Positions 48,997 to 59,689 of a stretch of 64,000 nucleotides of DNA are shown piece after piece. The stretch is from Acidobacteriaceae bacterium (GTDB taxonomy: Bacteria; Acidobacteriota; Terriglobia; Terriglobales; Acidobacteriaceae): NCBI GenBank assembly GCA_049280995.1, contig JBAPRH010000046.1:24426-88425 (forward strand), in the 5' to 3' direction. The translations under genes were made by a program, and so were the position numbers. Within the stretch, counting starts at the first letter, position 1; the number at the start of each line of letters is the position of its first letter. The notes under the pieces are model-generated. The model made no database searches, had not been told where the DNA came from, and worked only from the letters and a program-made list of their open reading frames with translations.

Positions 48997-50058
48997 ATGC
49001 CTACCAAACAGGACCTCCTCAAGCAGCCCATTCAGCACATCGACATCAAGCAGCACAACGTCGTTGCGCTGGTTGACGCCATGCAGCACATGGCCTACAG
49101 CTCCCGCGATCTCGCCCGCGCCGCGTCCATCTACGAGCGCATGTTGCGCGACCATGACTGCGCCGTGATCCTCTGCCTCGCCGGCTCGCTCGTCAGCGCC
49201 GGGCTCAAGCAGGTCTTCGTCGATCTCATCCGCAGCAACATGGTGGACGCCGTGGTTTCAACCGGCGCCAACATCGTCGATCAGGACTTCTTCGAGGCAC
49301 TCGGCTTCAAGCACTACATCGCCGACGATCTGCTCAAGCAGGGCACCGAGGACGCCACCCTTCGCGAGTTGATGATCGACCGCATCTACGACACGCTCAT
49401 CGACGAAGAGGAGCTGCGCACCTGCGACGAGACGACGGAGAAGATCGCCAACTCCCTCGACCCTCGCCCCTACAGCTCCCGCGAGTTCATCCGCGCCATG
49501 GGCGCATACCTTGAGAAGGAAGGCAAAATCCCCGCCAGGGGAGGCGTCGATTCTATCGTCTACGCCGCCTACCAGAACGACGTGCCCATCTTCTGCCCCG
49601 CCTTCAGCGACTGCTCCGCCGGATTCGGCCTGATCACGCACCAGCACGCCCGCCAGAACAAGCCCCACGTTTCCATCGATTCGGCAAAAGACTTCTACGA
49701 GCTGACCCAGTTGAAAATCAACAACCCGACCACCGGCCTCCTGATGATCGGCGGCGGAGTCCCCAAGAACTTCGCGCAGGATATCGTGGTCGCGGCGGAC
49801 GTTCTCGGCGCCGACGCCCCCATGCACAAATACGCCATCCAGATCACCGTCGCCGATGTCCGCGACGGGGCGCTCTCCTCGAGCACTCTTAAGGAAGCCA
49901 GTTCCTGGGGCAAGGTGGACACCACCTTCGAGCAGATGGTCTACAGCGAAGCCACCCTGGCCCTGCCGCTCATCGCCGGATACGCCTTCCACAAGCAGGC
50001 CCACGCCGGACGGCAAAGCCGCCACTGGTCACGTGTGCTCGACCCAGTCACGGCATAG
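48997..50058 (+). CDS. Deoxyhypusine synthase-like protein (polyamine / homospermidine synthesis)
   Basis: STGAN, IDRIYD, CPAFSD, GGGVPKNF, DGALS, EASSWGK. Confidence 0.92.
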   Translation: MPTKQDLLKQPIQHIDIKQHNVVALVDAMQHMAYSSRDLARAASIYERMLRDHDCAVILCLAGSLVSAGLKQVFVDLIRSNMVDAVVSTGANIVDQDFFEALGFKHYIADDLLKQGTEDATLRELMIDRIYDTLIDEEELRTCDETTEKIANSLDPRPYSSREFIRAMGAYLEKEGKIPARGGVDSIVYAAYQNDVPIFCPAFSDCSAGFGLITHQHARQNKPHVSIDSAKDFYELTQLKINNPTTGLLMIGGGVPKNFAQDIVVAADVLGADAPMHKYAIQITVADVRDGALSSSTLKEASSWGKVDTTFEQMVYSEATLALPLIAGYAFHKQAHAGRQSRHWSRVLDPVTA

Positions 50059-50070
50059 CTGGTTTCCCAT

Positions 50071-51222
50071 TCAGAACACATGATCTTCTTCGTCGCGGAG
50101 GGCGGCCGCCGGGCTGTCGGGCTCGGTGGCCTTTCTGACCCGCGCCACGGAGAGCCAGTTGTCCTTACGCGGATGCTCGGCCACCCAGGGCGGCAGAGGT
50201 ATCCGGAAATGGCGGCTGAGCGCTTCGGCATAGCTCTCGTAAAGCATCCGTATTTCCTTCAGACGCTCCATGGAATTGGCGGCGTGGCAAACCTTAATTC
50301 CTGACTCGCCAAGGCGCTGGCGCAGCAGCTCGAGACGGTCGCGTGGCAGACGATCCTCCTCGCACTTCACCGGCTTCTGTGAAAACACCTGGGATAGGTC
50401 CACGAGCGCGTGGCGCGCCATCGCAAACGTCAACTGCGCCTGGCGCGCGCCATGGTCGTCCGCGTCCGCCATCATCAGCGCGCAGGCATCCAGAATCGCA
50501 ACCAGAGCCGCCAGCCAGCTTTGATTGGAATGCTGCGAGCGGAAATAGCAAAGCAGAGGATAGGAAATATGACTTTCCAGCAACTCTGCCGACCACCGCT
50601 CCCACTCCACCAGCAGCAGGTTGAGCGCATCGTTACCGCCCGGGAAGGCATGACGGCGTATCAGTTCCGCGGCGGTAGGCGGCGACCCAGCGCGCGCGTC
50701 CAGCAGAGAGATTGCGACCTCACGTCGCGAAAAAGCGCCATAAAGCACCGGGAAATAGCCGATCACCATGGCCAGAAATCCCAGGCCCATCCCTGACTCC
50801 AGCACCAAAAGAAGCCGTGCGGAGGAGGAGTGCGGCGTGATGTCGCCAAGCCCCAGCGTGAACAGTGTCGTGCCGCTCAGGTAGATATCGGAAGCGAAGT
50901 CTGCGCGAACATGCAGCGGATCGCGGAAAGGAAGGTGCAGCGAGAATAAGATCAGGGCGAAACCAAACACCAGCGCGCCCGCCCAGATCACGATCAGCAG
51001 GAGCAGGGAGAGTGGTCCGTAATAGCTAAACGCCGTCTCCCGCCTCCGAGCATTGCGAATGCGTTCGGTAACGTGCGACCACGGCCACCAGGTAAGAACA
51101 TAGAAGATGCGAGTGATACGAAAGCGCCCCACAGCGCGGCGCGGCAGAATCACCGTCTGGAACGAATCCAGGAGCGCGGCGACGATGCAGCAGAATCCAG
51201 CGCTGAACAGGACAATGTGCAA
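50071..51222 (-). CDS. Potassium-channel-like (Ion_trans_2) membrane protein
   Basis: Pore motif YLSGTTLFTLGLGDITP flanked by TMs; RRE..I..LDARAGSPP, ESH.SYP.L.YFRS. Confidence 0.82.
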   Translation of the reverse strand: MHIVLFSAGFCCIVAALLDSFQTVILPRRAVGRFRITRIFYVLTWWPWSHVTERIRNARRRETAFSYYGPLSLLLLIVIWAGALVFGFALILFSLHLPFRDPLHVRADFASDIYLSGTTLFTLGLGDITPHSSSARLLLVLESGMGLGFLAMVIGYFPVLYGAFSRREVAISLLDARAGSPPTAAELIRRHAFPGGNDALNLLLVEWERWSAELLESHISYPLLCYFRSQHSNQSWLAALVAILDACALMMADADDHGARQAQLTFAMARHALVDLSQVFSQKPVKCEEDRLPRDRLELLRQRLGESGIKVCHAANSMERLKEIRMLYESYAEALSRHFRIPLPPWVAEHPRKDNWLSVARVRKATEPDSPAAALRDEEDHVF

Positions 51223-51309
51223 TGAGAACCCCTTCCATTGGAGCAAAGCAGGAGCGGGGCTCTGAAGTCAACAGCGGCTTCCAGGCGGATCGGGCGTACT
51301 CTGGAGGCG

Positions 51310-51534
51310 ATGTCCGGACTCGCGCGCCTGCTGATTACACTTGGCCTGCTGCTCCTCGTCGCAGGCGGCACGGTTTATCTGCTCGGCCTTTTCGGCGTCT
51401 CGTTCGGGCATCTCCCCGGCGATTTCGCCTGGCGGCGCAAAAATGTCTCCGTATATTTCCCACTCGGGACCTGCATCATCATCAGTGTTTTGCTGACTCT
51501 CATCCTCTACCTATTCACGCGCTTTCACCGCTGA
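51310..51534 (+). CDS. DUF2905 small membrane protein
   Basis: G.LPGD......YFPL.TCI..S; GGAGG RBS. Confidence 0.85.
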   Translation: MSGLARLLITLGLLLLVAGGTVYLLGLFGVSFGHLPGDFAWRRKNVSVYFPLGTCIIISVLLTLILYLFTRFHR

Positions 51535-51551
51535 CGATAAACTTGGAGATT

Positions 51552-52976
51552 ATGGAGAATCCCTCAGGCGCGGGCCAGCTCGGCTTCAGCTTTCAAGCGG
51601 CGCAACCGTCGCAGCGCCGCATCTGGAAGGTAAGCGAGTTGGTCGGGGAGTTGCGTGAGGAAATCGAGCGCGAATTTTCTGATCTCTGGGTCGAGGGTGA
51701 AATTTGCGACCTCCGCCCCGCCTCCTCCGGGCACATTTACTTCACGCTCAAGGACGATTCCGGCCAGATCCCCGTGGTTCTCTTCCGCCGCCAGGCCTCG
51801 CTACTGCGCTTCCGCCCGGAAAGCGGCCTCTACATCCTGCTACGCGGCAAAATATCGCTCTACGAACAGCGCGGCCAGGTGCAGATCGTCGCTGAGCATC
51901 TGGAGCCCATGGGCGCGGGGTCCCTCCAATTGGCCTTCGAGCAGGTCAAGCGCCGTCTCCAGCAGGAGGGTCTGTTTGACGCCGACCGAAAAAAACCCCT
52001 CCCCGCCTTTCCGCGCAGCGTCGGGATCGTCACATCACCCTCCGGAGCCGTGATTCACGACTTCATTACAGTCGTAAGCCGCCGCCACGCTGCGCTGGAA
52101 ATCCTTCTCTATCCGGCACTGGTGCAGGGCGAAGCCGCGTCAGCCGAGGTCGTAAAGGGCATCGCCTATTTCAATGAAGCCCGCGAAGTTGATCTCATCG
52201 TGATTGCGCGCGGCGGGGGTTCGCTCGAAGACCTGGCCCCCTTCAACACGGAATTGCTGGCCCGCGCCATCGCCGCATCGGAGCTGCCCGTCGTCTCCGC
52301 CGTCGGCCACGAGACCGACTTCACCATTGCCGACTTCGCCGCTGACCTGCGCGCTCCCACCCCTTCCGCGGCGGCGGAAATCATAACCGCGGCGCAGCAT
52401 CAAGTCGAAGAGCATGTGGAGCAGCTTTCCCAGCGCCTGCACCGCGCCGCGCGCTACGCCGTCATGCAGGCGCGAGAACGGTTCTCGCGCGTCTCCATTG
52501 ACGCGGCCCTCGGCCACATAGAAGACGGCCTCAACCGCCGCCAGCAGCGCATTGACGAGCTCTGCTTCCGCATGGAAGCCGCATGGCGCGCGCTTCTGCA
52601 GCAGAACGCGCAGCGATTGCAATCGCTCGCGTCGGTCATCGCGCGAAACGACACCGCCCCGCGTATTCGCTTTTTGCGGGAAAGCCTGGAAAGCCTTTCC
52701 TCCCGGCTCGCGCGCGCACAAGTCATCGCCAACCAAAACTGTCGTGCGAAGCTCGAGTCGCTGGGGCGGCAGTTGGCCTCGCTCTCGCCGCTCGCCGTGC
52801 TCAATCGCGGCTACGCCCTCGTCTACGACGAATCCGGCGGCCTGCTCAAGAACGCCGCCAGCGCCAGAGCCGGACAACTTCTCTCCACGCGGCTCGCCGT
52901 CGGAACGATTGAGAGCCGAGTAACAAAAATCAATCAAAGACGACGAAATCCCGCTCCACGAAATAAGGGCGCATGA
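51552..52976 (+). CDS. xseA: Exodeoxyribonuclease VII large subunit
   Basis: WVEGEI, SGHIYFTLKD, RGGGSLEDL, SAVGHETD, RAPTPSAAAE, LSPLAVLNRGY. Confidence 0.96.
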   Translation: MENPSGAGQLGFSFQAAQPSQRRIWKVSELVGELREEIEREFSDLWVEGEICDLRPASSGHIYFTLKDDSGQIPVVLFRRQASLLRFRPESGLYILLRGKISLYEQRGQVQIVAEHLEPMGAGSLQLAFEQVKRRLQQEGLFDADRKKPLPAFPRSVGIVTSPSGAVIHDFITVVSRRHAALEILLYPALVQGEAASAEVVKGIAYFNEAREVDLIVIARGGGSLEDLAPFNTELLARAIAASELPVVSAVGHETDFTIADFAADLRAPTPSAAAEIITAAQHQVEEHVEQLSQRLHRAARYAVMQARERFSRVSIDAALGHIEDGLNRRQQRIDELCFRMEAAWRALLQQNAQRLQSLASVIARNDTAPRIRFLRESLESLSSRLARAQVIANQNCRAKLESLGRQLASLSPLAVLNRGYALVYDESGGLLKNAASARAGQLLSTRLAVGTIESRVTKINQRRRNPAPRNKGA

Positions 52977-54322
52977 GAAAACTCTTCGGAACCGACGGAA
53001 TTCGCGCCGTAGCGGGCGAACCGCCGCTCGATCAAAAGACGATCTACGCCGTAGGATTGTCCCTCGCGCACCAGCTCAAAACCGGCGTGGCAAACCCCCG
53101 TGTCATTCTGGGCATGGACACCCGCGAGTCCGGCAACTGGATCGCCGCCGTTCTCTCCGCCGGGCTCACCCAGGCCGGCGCGTCTGTTCAGAACGCCGGC
53201 GTCATCACCACCCCCGCGATTGCCTTCCTGGCGCGCAAGCACGGCTTCGCGGCAGGCGTTGTCGTTTCGGCTTCGCACAATCCCTGGCATGACAACGGCA
53301 TCAAGGTCTTCGGCGGCGACGGATACAAGCTACCCGACGCAACCGAACTCCACATCGAAGAAGAAATCTTCCGCCATCTCAAAGCGACGACCGCGCCCGA
53401 CGCGGCAAGCCTCGCCGCACCGCCCGTCGACGAAGCATTTCGCGCGGATTACGAAGCGTTTTTGTTATCAGCGGTGCCGAAGCTCGATCTGAACGGGCTC
53501 AAGCTGGTCCTTGACTGCGCCAACGGAGCCGCCTCCGCCATCGCGCCCGAGTTGTTCGCGCGACTCGGCGGCACAATTCACCTCACACACATCCACCCCA
53601 ACGGACGCAACATCAACGCCGACTGCGGCGCGCTTCATCCCGAGATTGTCGCCGCCGAAACCAAAGCGCATGGCGCCGACATCGGCGTCACCTTCGACGG
53701 AGATGCCGACCGCGCGCTTTTCGCGGACGCCAACGGCCATGTCGTGAATGGCGACGCGGTTCTCCTGCTCGCCGCGCGCGACCTGAAAGCGCGCAAGCTC
53801 CTGAGCGGCAACACCGTCGTCGCCACCACCATGTCCAACATGGGGCTCGAAGCCGCCCTCGGCCGCGACGCCATCAGGATGCTCCGCGCTCCGGTCGGCG
53901 ACAAATACGTGCTCGAAATGATGCAGGCTAACTCCGCCTCCATCGGCGGCGAGCAGTCCGGGCACATCCTTTTCCCGCACCTCGCCACCACCGGCGACGG
54001 CCTTCTTACGTCTCTGGTCGTGCTCGATCTGGTCCGCCGCGCCGGAAAGCCGCTTCACGAGCTCATCGCCGACCTGAAGGTTTACCCGCAGATCATCGTC
54101 AACGTTCGCGTGAAAGAAAAGAAACCCCTCGAAGCCATTCCATCCATCGCGGCCAGCATTCGCAACGCCGAAGAGGAGCTGAAGACAAATGGCCGTGTCG
54201 TCATTCGCTACTCAGGCACGGAACCCCTGGCGCGCGTGATGATTGAGGCCGAATCCGAAGAAGCCATGCGCCGCCACGCGGACGCCATTGCCGACGCAAT
54301 CCGCGACGCGCTCGGTGCCTGA
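52973..54322 (+). CDS. glmM: Phosphoglucosamine mutase
   Basis: FGTDGIR, SASHNP, DGDADR, GGEQSGH, RYSGTEP. Confidence 0.96.
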   Translation: MRKLFGTDGIRAVAGEPPLDQKTIYAVGLSLAHQLKTGVANPRVILGMDTRESGNWIAAVLSAGLTQAGASVQNAGVITTPAIAFLARKHGFAAGVVVSASHNPWHDNGIKVFGGDGYKLPDATELHIEEEIFRHLKATTAPDAASLAAPPVDEAFRADYEAFLLSAVPKLDLNGLKLVLDCANGAASAIAPELFARLGGTIHLTHIHPNGRNINADCGALHPEIVAAETKAHGADIGVTFDGDADRALFADANGHVVNGDAVLLLAARDLKARKLLSGNTVVATTMSNMGLEAALGRDAIRMLRAPVGDKYVLEMMQANSASIGGEQSGHILFPHLATTGDGLLTSLVVLDLVRRAGKPLHELIADLKVYPQIIVNVRVKEKKPLEAIPSIAASIRNAEEELKTNGRVVIRYSGTEPLARVMIEAESEEAMRRHADAIADAIRDALGA

Positions 54323-54377
54323 GCGGCCCGGCGCGCGCGAATGCGGTATAAAGGTGCTGCGGCAAAATTGAACCCCT

Positions 54378-55445
54378 ATGAACCTGCATCTCCGGCATCG
54401 CCTTGCTCAATCCCTGTGCCTCATCCTTCTTTTCTGTGCGGCTGTCTCCGCAGGCGCGCAGAAGCCCCCCGTTGCGCTTTTTTACATGACGAACAGTCCG
54501 GCGTCGGTGCGTTCGTTCCTCGCGCATTCTGCAAAGATCAGTATCCTCGTGCCTACCTGGTATTCAGTAGACGCCAACGGACTGGTCGCCGGCGCGCCCA
54601 ATCCGGAGGTGATGCGCGTAGCACGTGAGCAGCGTGTCCCGGTTATGCCGATCATAACCAGTACAGGCAAGGCCGCGTTCCATCTACTGCTTGGAAACAG
54701 CACGGCGCAGCACACCCTGCTCGCCGCACTAATCGAGCAGGCCAGGCTCAACGACTACATGGGCTTCCAGTTCGACTTTGAAGATATTTCCTGGACCGAC
54801 CGCGATGCTCTGTCCGCCCTGGTCGCGGAGTCCGCTGCTTCGCTGCACAGCGTCGGCCTCAAGCTCAGCATCGCCACCGTTCCCAACGCTCCCGGCTATC
54901 CCGGCGCGGGCGCGTTCTCGCGCTGGATATACGCCGACTGGCGCGGAGCCTACGACCTGAAGGCGATTGCCAAATCCGTCGACCTGATCTGCCTCATGAC
55001 CTACGACCAGCACACGCGCTGGACCACCCCCGGCCCCGTCGCCGGCTGGCAGTGGACGCTAGACAATCTGACCTACGCGCTGCAATTTGTCCCGCCGCAA
55101 AAGCTGTCCCTCGGCATCCCGCTTTATGGATACCACTGGTACGCGGGCAATCCCGTAGTGAAAGACATCACGAAACCCAACGTCACCGCCAACTACATCA
55201 GCGAGCCCGACGCGCTGCTCCTCGCGCAGGAGTACCACGGCACGCCACAGTGGGACCCGGTGGACCACACCGCGTGGTTCTATATCTATCGCGACCAGAT
55301 GCGCGAATGGGTCTTCTACACCGACGCGCGAACCTTTGAAGACCGGTACAAGCTTGCGCAGGAACACGGACTCGAAGGCTTCTGCTCCTGGGTTCTCGGA
55401 ACCGAAGACCCCGCCATCTGGAAGCTGCTGCCCGATCGCAGGTAG
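54378..55445 (+). CDS. Secreted glycoside hydrolase family 18
   Basis: Signal peptide; GFQFDFE, MTYDQH, LGIPLYGY, W.LG.ED. Confidence 0.88.
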   Translation: MNLHLRHRLAQSLCLILLFCAAVSAGAQKPPVALFYMTNSPASVRSFLAHSAKISILVPTWYSVDANGLVAGAPNPEVMRVAREQRVPVMPIITSTGKAAFHLLLGNSTAQHTLLAALIEQARLNDYMGFQFDFEDISWTDRDALSALVAESAASLHSVGLKLSIATVPNAPGYPGAGAFSRWIYADWRGAYDLKAIAKSVDLICLMTYDQHTRWTTPGPVAGWQWTLDNLTYALQFVPPQKLSLGIPLYGYHWYAGNPVVKDITKPNVTANYISEPDALLLAQEYHGTPQWDPVDHTAWFYIYRDQMREWVFYTDARTFEDRYKLAQEHGLEGFCSWVLGTEDPAIWKLLPDRR

Positions 55446-55449
55446 GGCG

Positions 55450-58203
55450 CTACCTCAGGTCTCGCCAGTTCGGACCTACTCCAACATCCGCAACCAGCGG
55501 CACGCTCAGCTCCACCACGCTCTCCATCTCTCGCTGCACCAGCTCGCGGACCTCATCCACCTCCGCTTCCGGCACGTCGAAAACCAGTTCGTCATGCACC
55601 TGAAGCGTCATCCGCGTTCCCAGCTTCCGCGCCTCCAGCAGCTTGTCAAGTCGGATCATGGCCAGCTTGATCAAATCCGCGGCCGTTCCCTGCAACGGCG
55701 TATTGACGGCAGTGCGTTCGGCAAATCCGCGCAGGTTCGCATTGCGGCTCTGAATATCAGGAATGGGCCGCACGCGCCCGAACATCGTTCTCACCTTTTG
55801 CTCGCGTCGCGTCTCTTCAAGCAGGCGATCAATGAACGCGCGGACACCCTTGTAGCGCTCGAAATACGTCTCAATATAAAGCCGCGCCTCGTGCTGCTCA
55901 ATGCCCAACTGCTGCGCCAGCCCGAACGGCGAAATGCCGTAGACGATTCCAAAATTGACCGCCTTGGCCCGATTGCGCGTCTCCTTGCTCATCTCCTCCG
56001 GCGCAATACCAAAAACTTCCGACGCCGTCAGCGTATGAATGTCCTGCCCCGTCGCATAGGCATGCGTCAGCAGCGGATCAGCAGAGAAGTGCGCCATCAG
56101 TCGCAGCTCGATCTGCGAGTAGTCGGCGGAGAGTAACGTATGACCGGGCGCAGCAATGAAGGCAGCGCGAATCTCGCGCCCTAGTTCCGTGCGAATAGGA
56201 ATATTCTGCAGGTTCGGATTCGTGGACGACAGGCGCCCTGTCGCCGTGCCTACCTGGTTGAACGTCGTATGAACGCGCCCCTCGGCATCTGCCAGCACCG
56301 GCAGCGAGTCCACATAGGTTGACTTCAGCTTCGCAAGCTGGCGATACTCCAGCACCATACGCGGCGCGTCATGGTGCGCCGCCAACTCTTCCAGAACGTC
56401 CTGCGCGGTCGAAACCACTTTGCCCTTCCCGTACTTCATCGGCTTGGGCAAATTCATTTTGTTGAACAGCACATCGCCAAGCTGCTTCGGAGAATTGATG
56501 TTGAATCGATGCCCACAGGAAGCGTAAATCTCTTCGCTCACCCGCTGCATCTCCGTCCACAGCTTCTCCGACATCGCATTCAGCACGGCGGAATCGATCC
56601 GCACGCCAACCTTTTCCATGCGCAGCAGCACCGGAACCAGCGGAAGGTCAATCGCCTCATAGACCCTGGTTGCCTCCAGCGCCTTCACGTCCTCCCTCAG
56701 CACCGGCGCGAGCGACTCAATGGCCTGCGCCGACTTCAGCAGCAGCCGGTCTCCCGTCTCCTTCAGCGGATACCGGCTGAAGCGCGCCGCCACATCGCTC
56801 AGCCGATGCGAAGCATGAGTCGGATTGATCAGATACGAGTACAGCATCAAATCATCCTGCGCGCCGCGCAGCGCCACCCCGCGCGACTCCAGCGCGCGCA
56901 GCGTTCCCTTCAAGTCGTGCACGCGCTTGGACTCGGCCTCGTCTTCAAGCAGGTCACGAACTTCATCGAGCGGCAACAGCAGAATCTTTTCCGGATCGGC
57001 GGCAACAGCTATTTTGTAAACAGCGGGCTGCTCCGGCACGCCGGATTGTTCCGCCGCATCCACCAGATCCAGCAGCGACATCGATTTCAGCTCCGGCTCG
57101 CGCTCCTCCAGCGACTCCGTTTCCTGTTCGCTCACCTGCTCGGTGGCAGCTGCGAAATCCGACGATGGAACCGCTAGCGAGAAGCCACCCGCGCGCGCTT
57201 CGCGAACAAACTCCGCAATCTCTTCCGCGCTCGGCTCGGCAATGTACTGCGCCGTGCGCGTCTCTTCCGCCGGAGCCAGCTCTTTGAGTAGCGTCGTAAA
57301 CTCCAGCTCGGTAAACAGCGTGCGGCACGCAGCCGCGTCCGGCGTCTGCGTCCGCATCGCTTCAAGATCCAGATCCAAAGGGACCCCGCAATGAATCGTC
57401 ACCAGTTCCCTGCTCAACAAAATATTGTCGCGATTGTTCTCCAGCGATTCGCGGTAGCTCTTGCGCTTCACTTCGCCGGCCCGGTCCAGCGCCGCCTCCA
57501 GGCTTCCGAACTGCCGAATCAACTCGACCGAGCCCTTGTCGCCGATCCCCGGCGCTCCCGGAATGTTGTCAACGGAGTCGCCTCGCAGCGCCATCACGTC
57601 AATCACTTTTTCCGGAGGCACCCCAAGCGTTTCCGTCACCTTCTCCCGGTCGAGAACCAGGTTCTCCTTCACCGGATTCAGCACCTTCACATCGTCCGTG
57701 ACAAGTTGCAGCATGTCCTTGTCGTTTGAAACCACGAACACCGGATGCCCGGCCTTCGCCGCCTGCGCGGCCAGCGTGCCGATCACGTCATCCGCCTCAA
57801 AACCTTCGGCCTGCAAAATGGGAATCCGAAACGCCTCCAGTGCGCGGCGGATATACGGCAACTGCTGGGCCAGGTCGGGAGGCATCTCCGCGCGGTTTGC
57901 TTTGTAGCCGGCATAATCAACCTCCTCAAATGTCTGCGTCTTGATGTTGAATTTGCGAATCGCCGTCATCGCCCGCGCCCGCTCATCGCGAAACACCGGC
58001 GCGCTCACATCAAAAACAGCAGCAAGATACTCCGGCTGAAAATCGCGCCGCAGCTTGTTGATCATGTTCACGAAAACGTAAGTCGCGGCCGTCGGAACGC
58101 CGGTCCGCGTCGACATGGGTCGCTGCCGCTGCATCGCATGATAGGCGCGGAAGATGAACGACATCGAATCGAGCAGGAAAATGGGCGGCTTGGTCGCGGG
58201 CAT
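55450..58203 (-). CDS. polA: DNA polymerase I
   Basis: YKANR, EADD, DYSQIELR, AKAVNFGIVYG, LQVHDEL. Confidence 0.98.
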   Translation of the reverse strand: MPATKPPIFLLDSMSFIFRAYHAMQRQRPMSTRTGVPTAATYVFVNMINKLRRDFQPEYLAAVFDVSAPVFRDERARAMTAIRKFNIKTQTFEEVDYAGYKANRAEMPPDLAQQLPYIRRALEAFRIPILQAEGFEADDVIGTLAAQAAKAGHPVFVVSNDKDMLQLVTDDVKVLNPVKENLVLDREKVTETLGVPPEKVIDVMALRGDSVDNIPGAPGIGDKGSVELIRQFGSLEAALDRAGEVKRKSYRESLENNRDNILLSRELVTIHCGVPLDLDLEAMRTQTPDAAACRTLFTELEFTTLLKELAPAEETRTAQYIAEPSAEEIAEFVREARAGGFSLAVPSSDFAAATEQVSEQETESLEEREPELKSMSLLDLVDAAEQSGVPEQPAVYKIAVAADPEKILLLPLDEVRDLLEDEAESKRVHDLKGTLRALESRGVALRGAQDDLMLYSYLINPTHASHRLSDVAARFSRYPLKETGDRLLLKSAQAIESLAPVLREDVKALEATRVYEAIDLPLVPVLLRMEKVGVRIDSAVLNAMSEKLWTEMQRVSEEIYASCGHRFNINSPKQLGDVLFNKMNLPKPMKYGKGKVVSTAQDVLEELAAHHDAPRMVLEYRQLAKLKSTYVDSLPVLADAEGRVHTTFNQVGTATGRLSSTNPNLQNIPIRTELGREIRAAFIAAPGHTLLSADYSQIELRLMAHFSADPLLTHAYATGQDIHTLTASEVFGIAPEEMSKETRNRAKAVNFGIVYGISPFGLAQQLGIEQHEARLYIETYFERYKGVRAFIDRLLEETRREQKVRTMFGRVRPIPDIQSRNANLRGFAERTAVNTPLQGTAADLIKLAMIRLDKLLEARKLGTRMTLQVHDELVFDVPEAEVDEVRELVQREMESVVELSVPLVADVGVGPNWRDLR

Positions 58204-58229
58204 CGGTTCGAGTCTACCGCCTGCGCCAC

Positions 58230-59294
58230 TCAGGAGAGAAACATGCAGTCGCCGTAGGAGAAAAACCTGTATCGCTCCACGACCGCGTGGCGATACGCAG
58301 CCAGCACATTATCCTGCCCCGCAAACGAGCTCACCAGCATCAGCAGCGTCGATTGCGGCAGATGAAAATTCGTCAGCAGCGCTCGCACCGCGCGGAAGTG
58401 AAAGCCCGGCGAAATGAAGATCTCCGTGCTGCCGGAGTGAGGCGTGAACTCACCCTGCAACGAGCAATGCTCCAGCGTCCTTACGGTCGTGGTTCCCACC
58501 GCGACAATGCGCCGCCCCTCGCGCATGGCGGCGTTCAGCTCGCTAGCCGTCTCCGGCGGCAGCGTATACCGCTCAGTATGCAGATGAATCTCCTCAACGC
58601 GCTCCACGCGCGCCGGCGCAAACGTCCCCAGCCCTACATGCAGCGTGACGTAAGCGATGCGGGCTCCGCGCGCGCGGATGCGGTCGAGAATCTCCGGCGT
58701 AAAATGCAGCCCGGCGGTAGGGGCGGCCACCGAGCCCCGCTGCCGCGCATACACCGTCTGGTAGCGCTCGCGGTCGGTATCGGCGTCGTCGCGGTGAATG
58801 TAGGGCGGCAGCGGAACATGACCCAGCGCCTCCACCGCCCCGAAAAAGTCCGGAACCGGATCAAAGCGCAGCGTCCGCTCGCCGAATTCCCCGTGCGCCA
58901 CGACCTCGGCGCGAAGCTGGCCTTCGCCAAAGAAGAGCACTTCGCCCCTCAGCACCTTCCGCCCGGGACGCACGAGCGCCGTCCACTCCCAATCGCCTTT
59001 CTGCTCGGCGAGAAAAACCTGCACCCGCCCGGTCGGTTTTTGCCCTCGCTCCAGTTGCGGGCTTCCGTGCGCCTGCTGGCGTCGCGCAAACAGCCGTGCC
59101 GGAATCACCCGACTGTCGTTCAGCACCAGCAGGTCGCCTTCCCGCAGCATTTCAGGAAAATCGCGAAACATGCGGTCGGCATACTCCCCCGTCGCGCGGT
59201 CCAGCGCCAGCATGCGCGCCCCGGATCGCTCCGCGGGCGGCTGCTGCGCAATCAATTCTCCAGGAAGCTCGTAATCGAAGTCGGAAACCAGCAC
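58230..59294 (-). CDS. queA: S-adenosylmethionine:tRNA ribosyltransferase-isomerase
   Basis: [44 protein letters not shown] start 59294. Confidence 0.96.
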   Translation of the reverse strand: MLVSDFDYELPGELIAQQPPAERSGARMLALDRATGEYADRMFRDFPEMLREGDLLVLNDSRVIPARLFARRQQAHGSPQLERGQKPTGRVQVFLAEQKGDWEWTALVRPGRKVLRGEVLFFGEGQLRAEVVAHGEFGERTLRFDPVPDFFGAVEALGHVPLPPYIHRDDADTDRERYQTVYARQRGSVAAPTAGLHFTPEILDRIRARGARIAYVTLHVGLGTFAPARVERVEEIHLHTERYTLPPETASELNAAMREGRRIVAVGTTTVRTLEHCSLQGEFTPHSGSTEIFISPGFHFRAVRALLTNFHLPQSTLLMLVSSFAGQDNVLAAYRHAVVERYRFFSYGDCMFLS

Positions 59295-59311
59295 AGTGTG
59301 ATGATATTTCC

Positions 59312-59689
59312 TTAGGTAGCTACGCTGATAAAAACAACAAGTTCCTGAGCCGCCTGTTGATTGATACGAACTCGAAACTGGTAAATGTCCATTCCTGGTG
59401 CTGACATCCGGATATAGAACAGTTCGCCGGTCGTCGGCTTCTTCAGTGAGAAGTAGCCCTTCTTGTCCGTTGTTGTAGAAGCGATGACCGTCTTCCAATC
59501 GGAGTTACAGAGATCGACCTTAACACGGGTCGCCGGTGCATTTGTTCCACGGACGTAAACATGGCCAGCAAGCGCACGGCTGACAGATATTTCTTTCTGC
59601 ACGACACGCCTGGTCGAATGCCCAACACCCACCGCAACTAAGAGAACAATCCCCAAGAGGGCAATCGAACTAGAGATTTTCATGATCAT
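59312..59689 (-). CDS. Low-GC secreted protein with carboxypeptidase-regulatory-like domain
   Basis: Signal peptide; [12 protein letters not shown]....APG; ATGA overlap with the upstream stop. Confidence 0.7.
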   Translation of the reverse strand: MIMKISSSIALLGIVLLVAVGVGHSTRRVVQKEISVSRALAGHVYVRGTNAPATRVKVDLCNSDWKTVIASTTTDKKGYFSLKKPTTGELFYIRMSAPGMDIYQFRVRINQQAAQELVVFISVAT

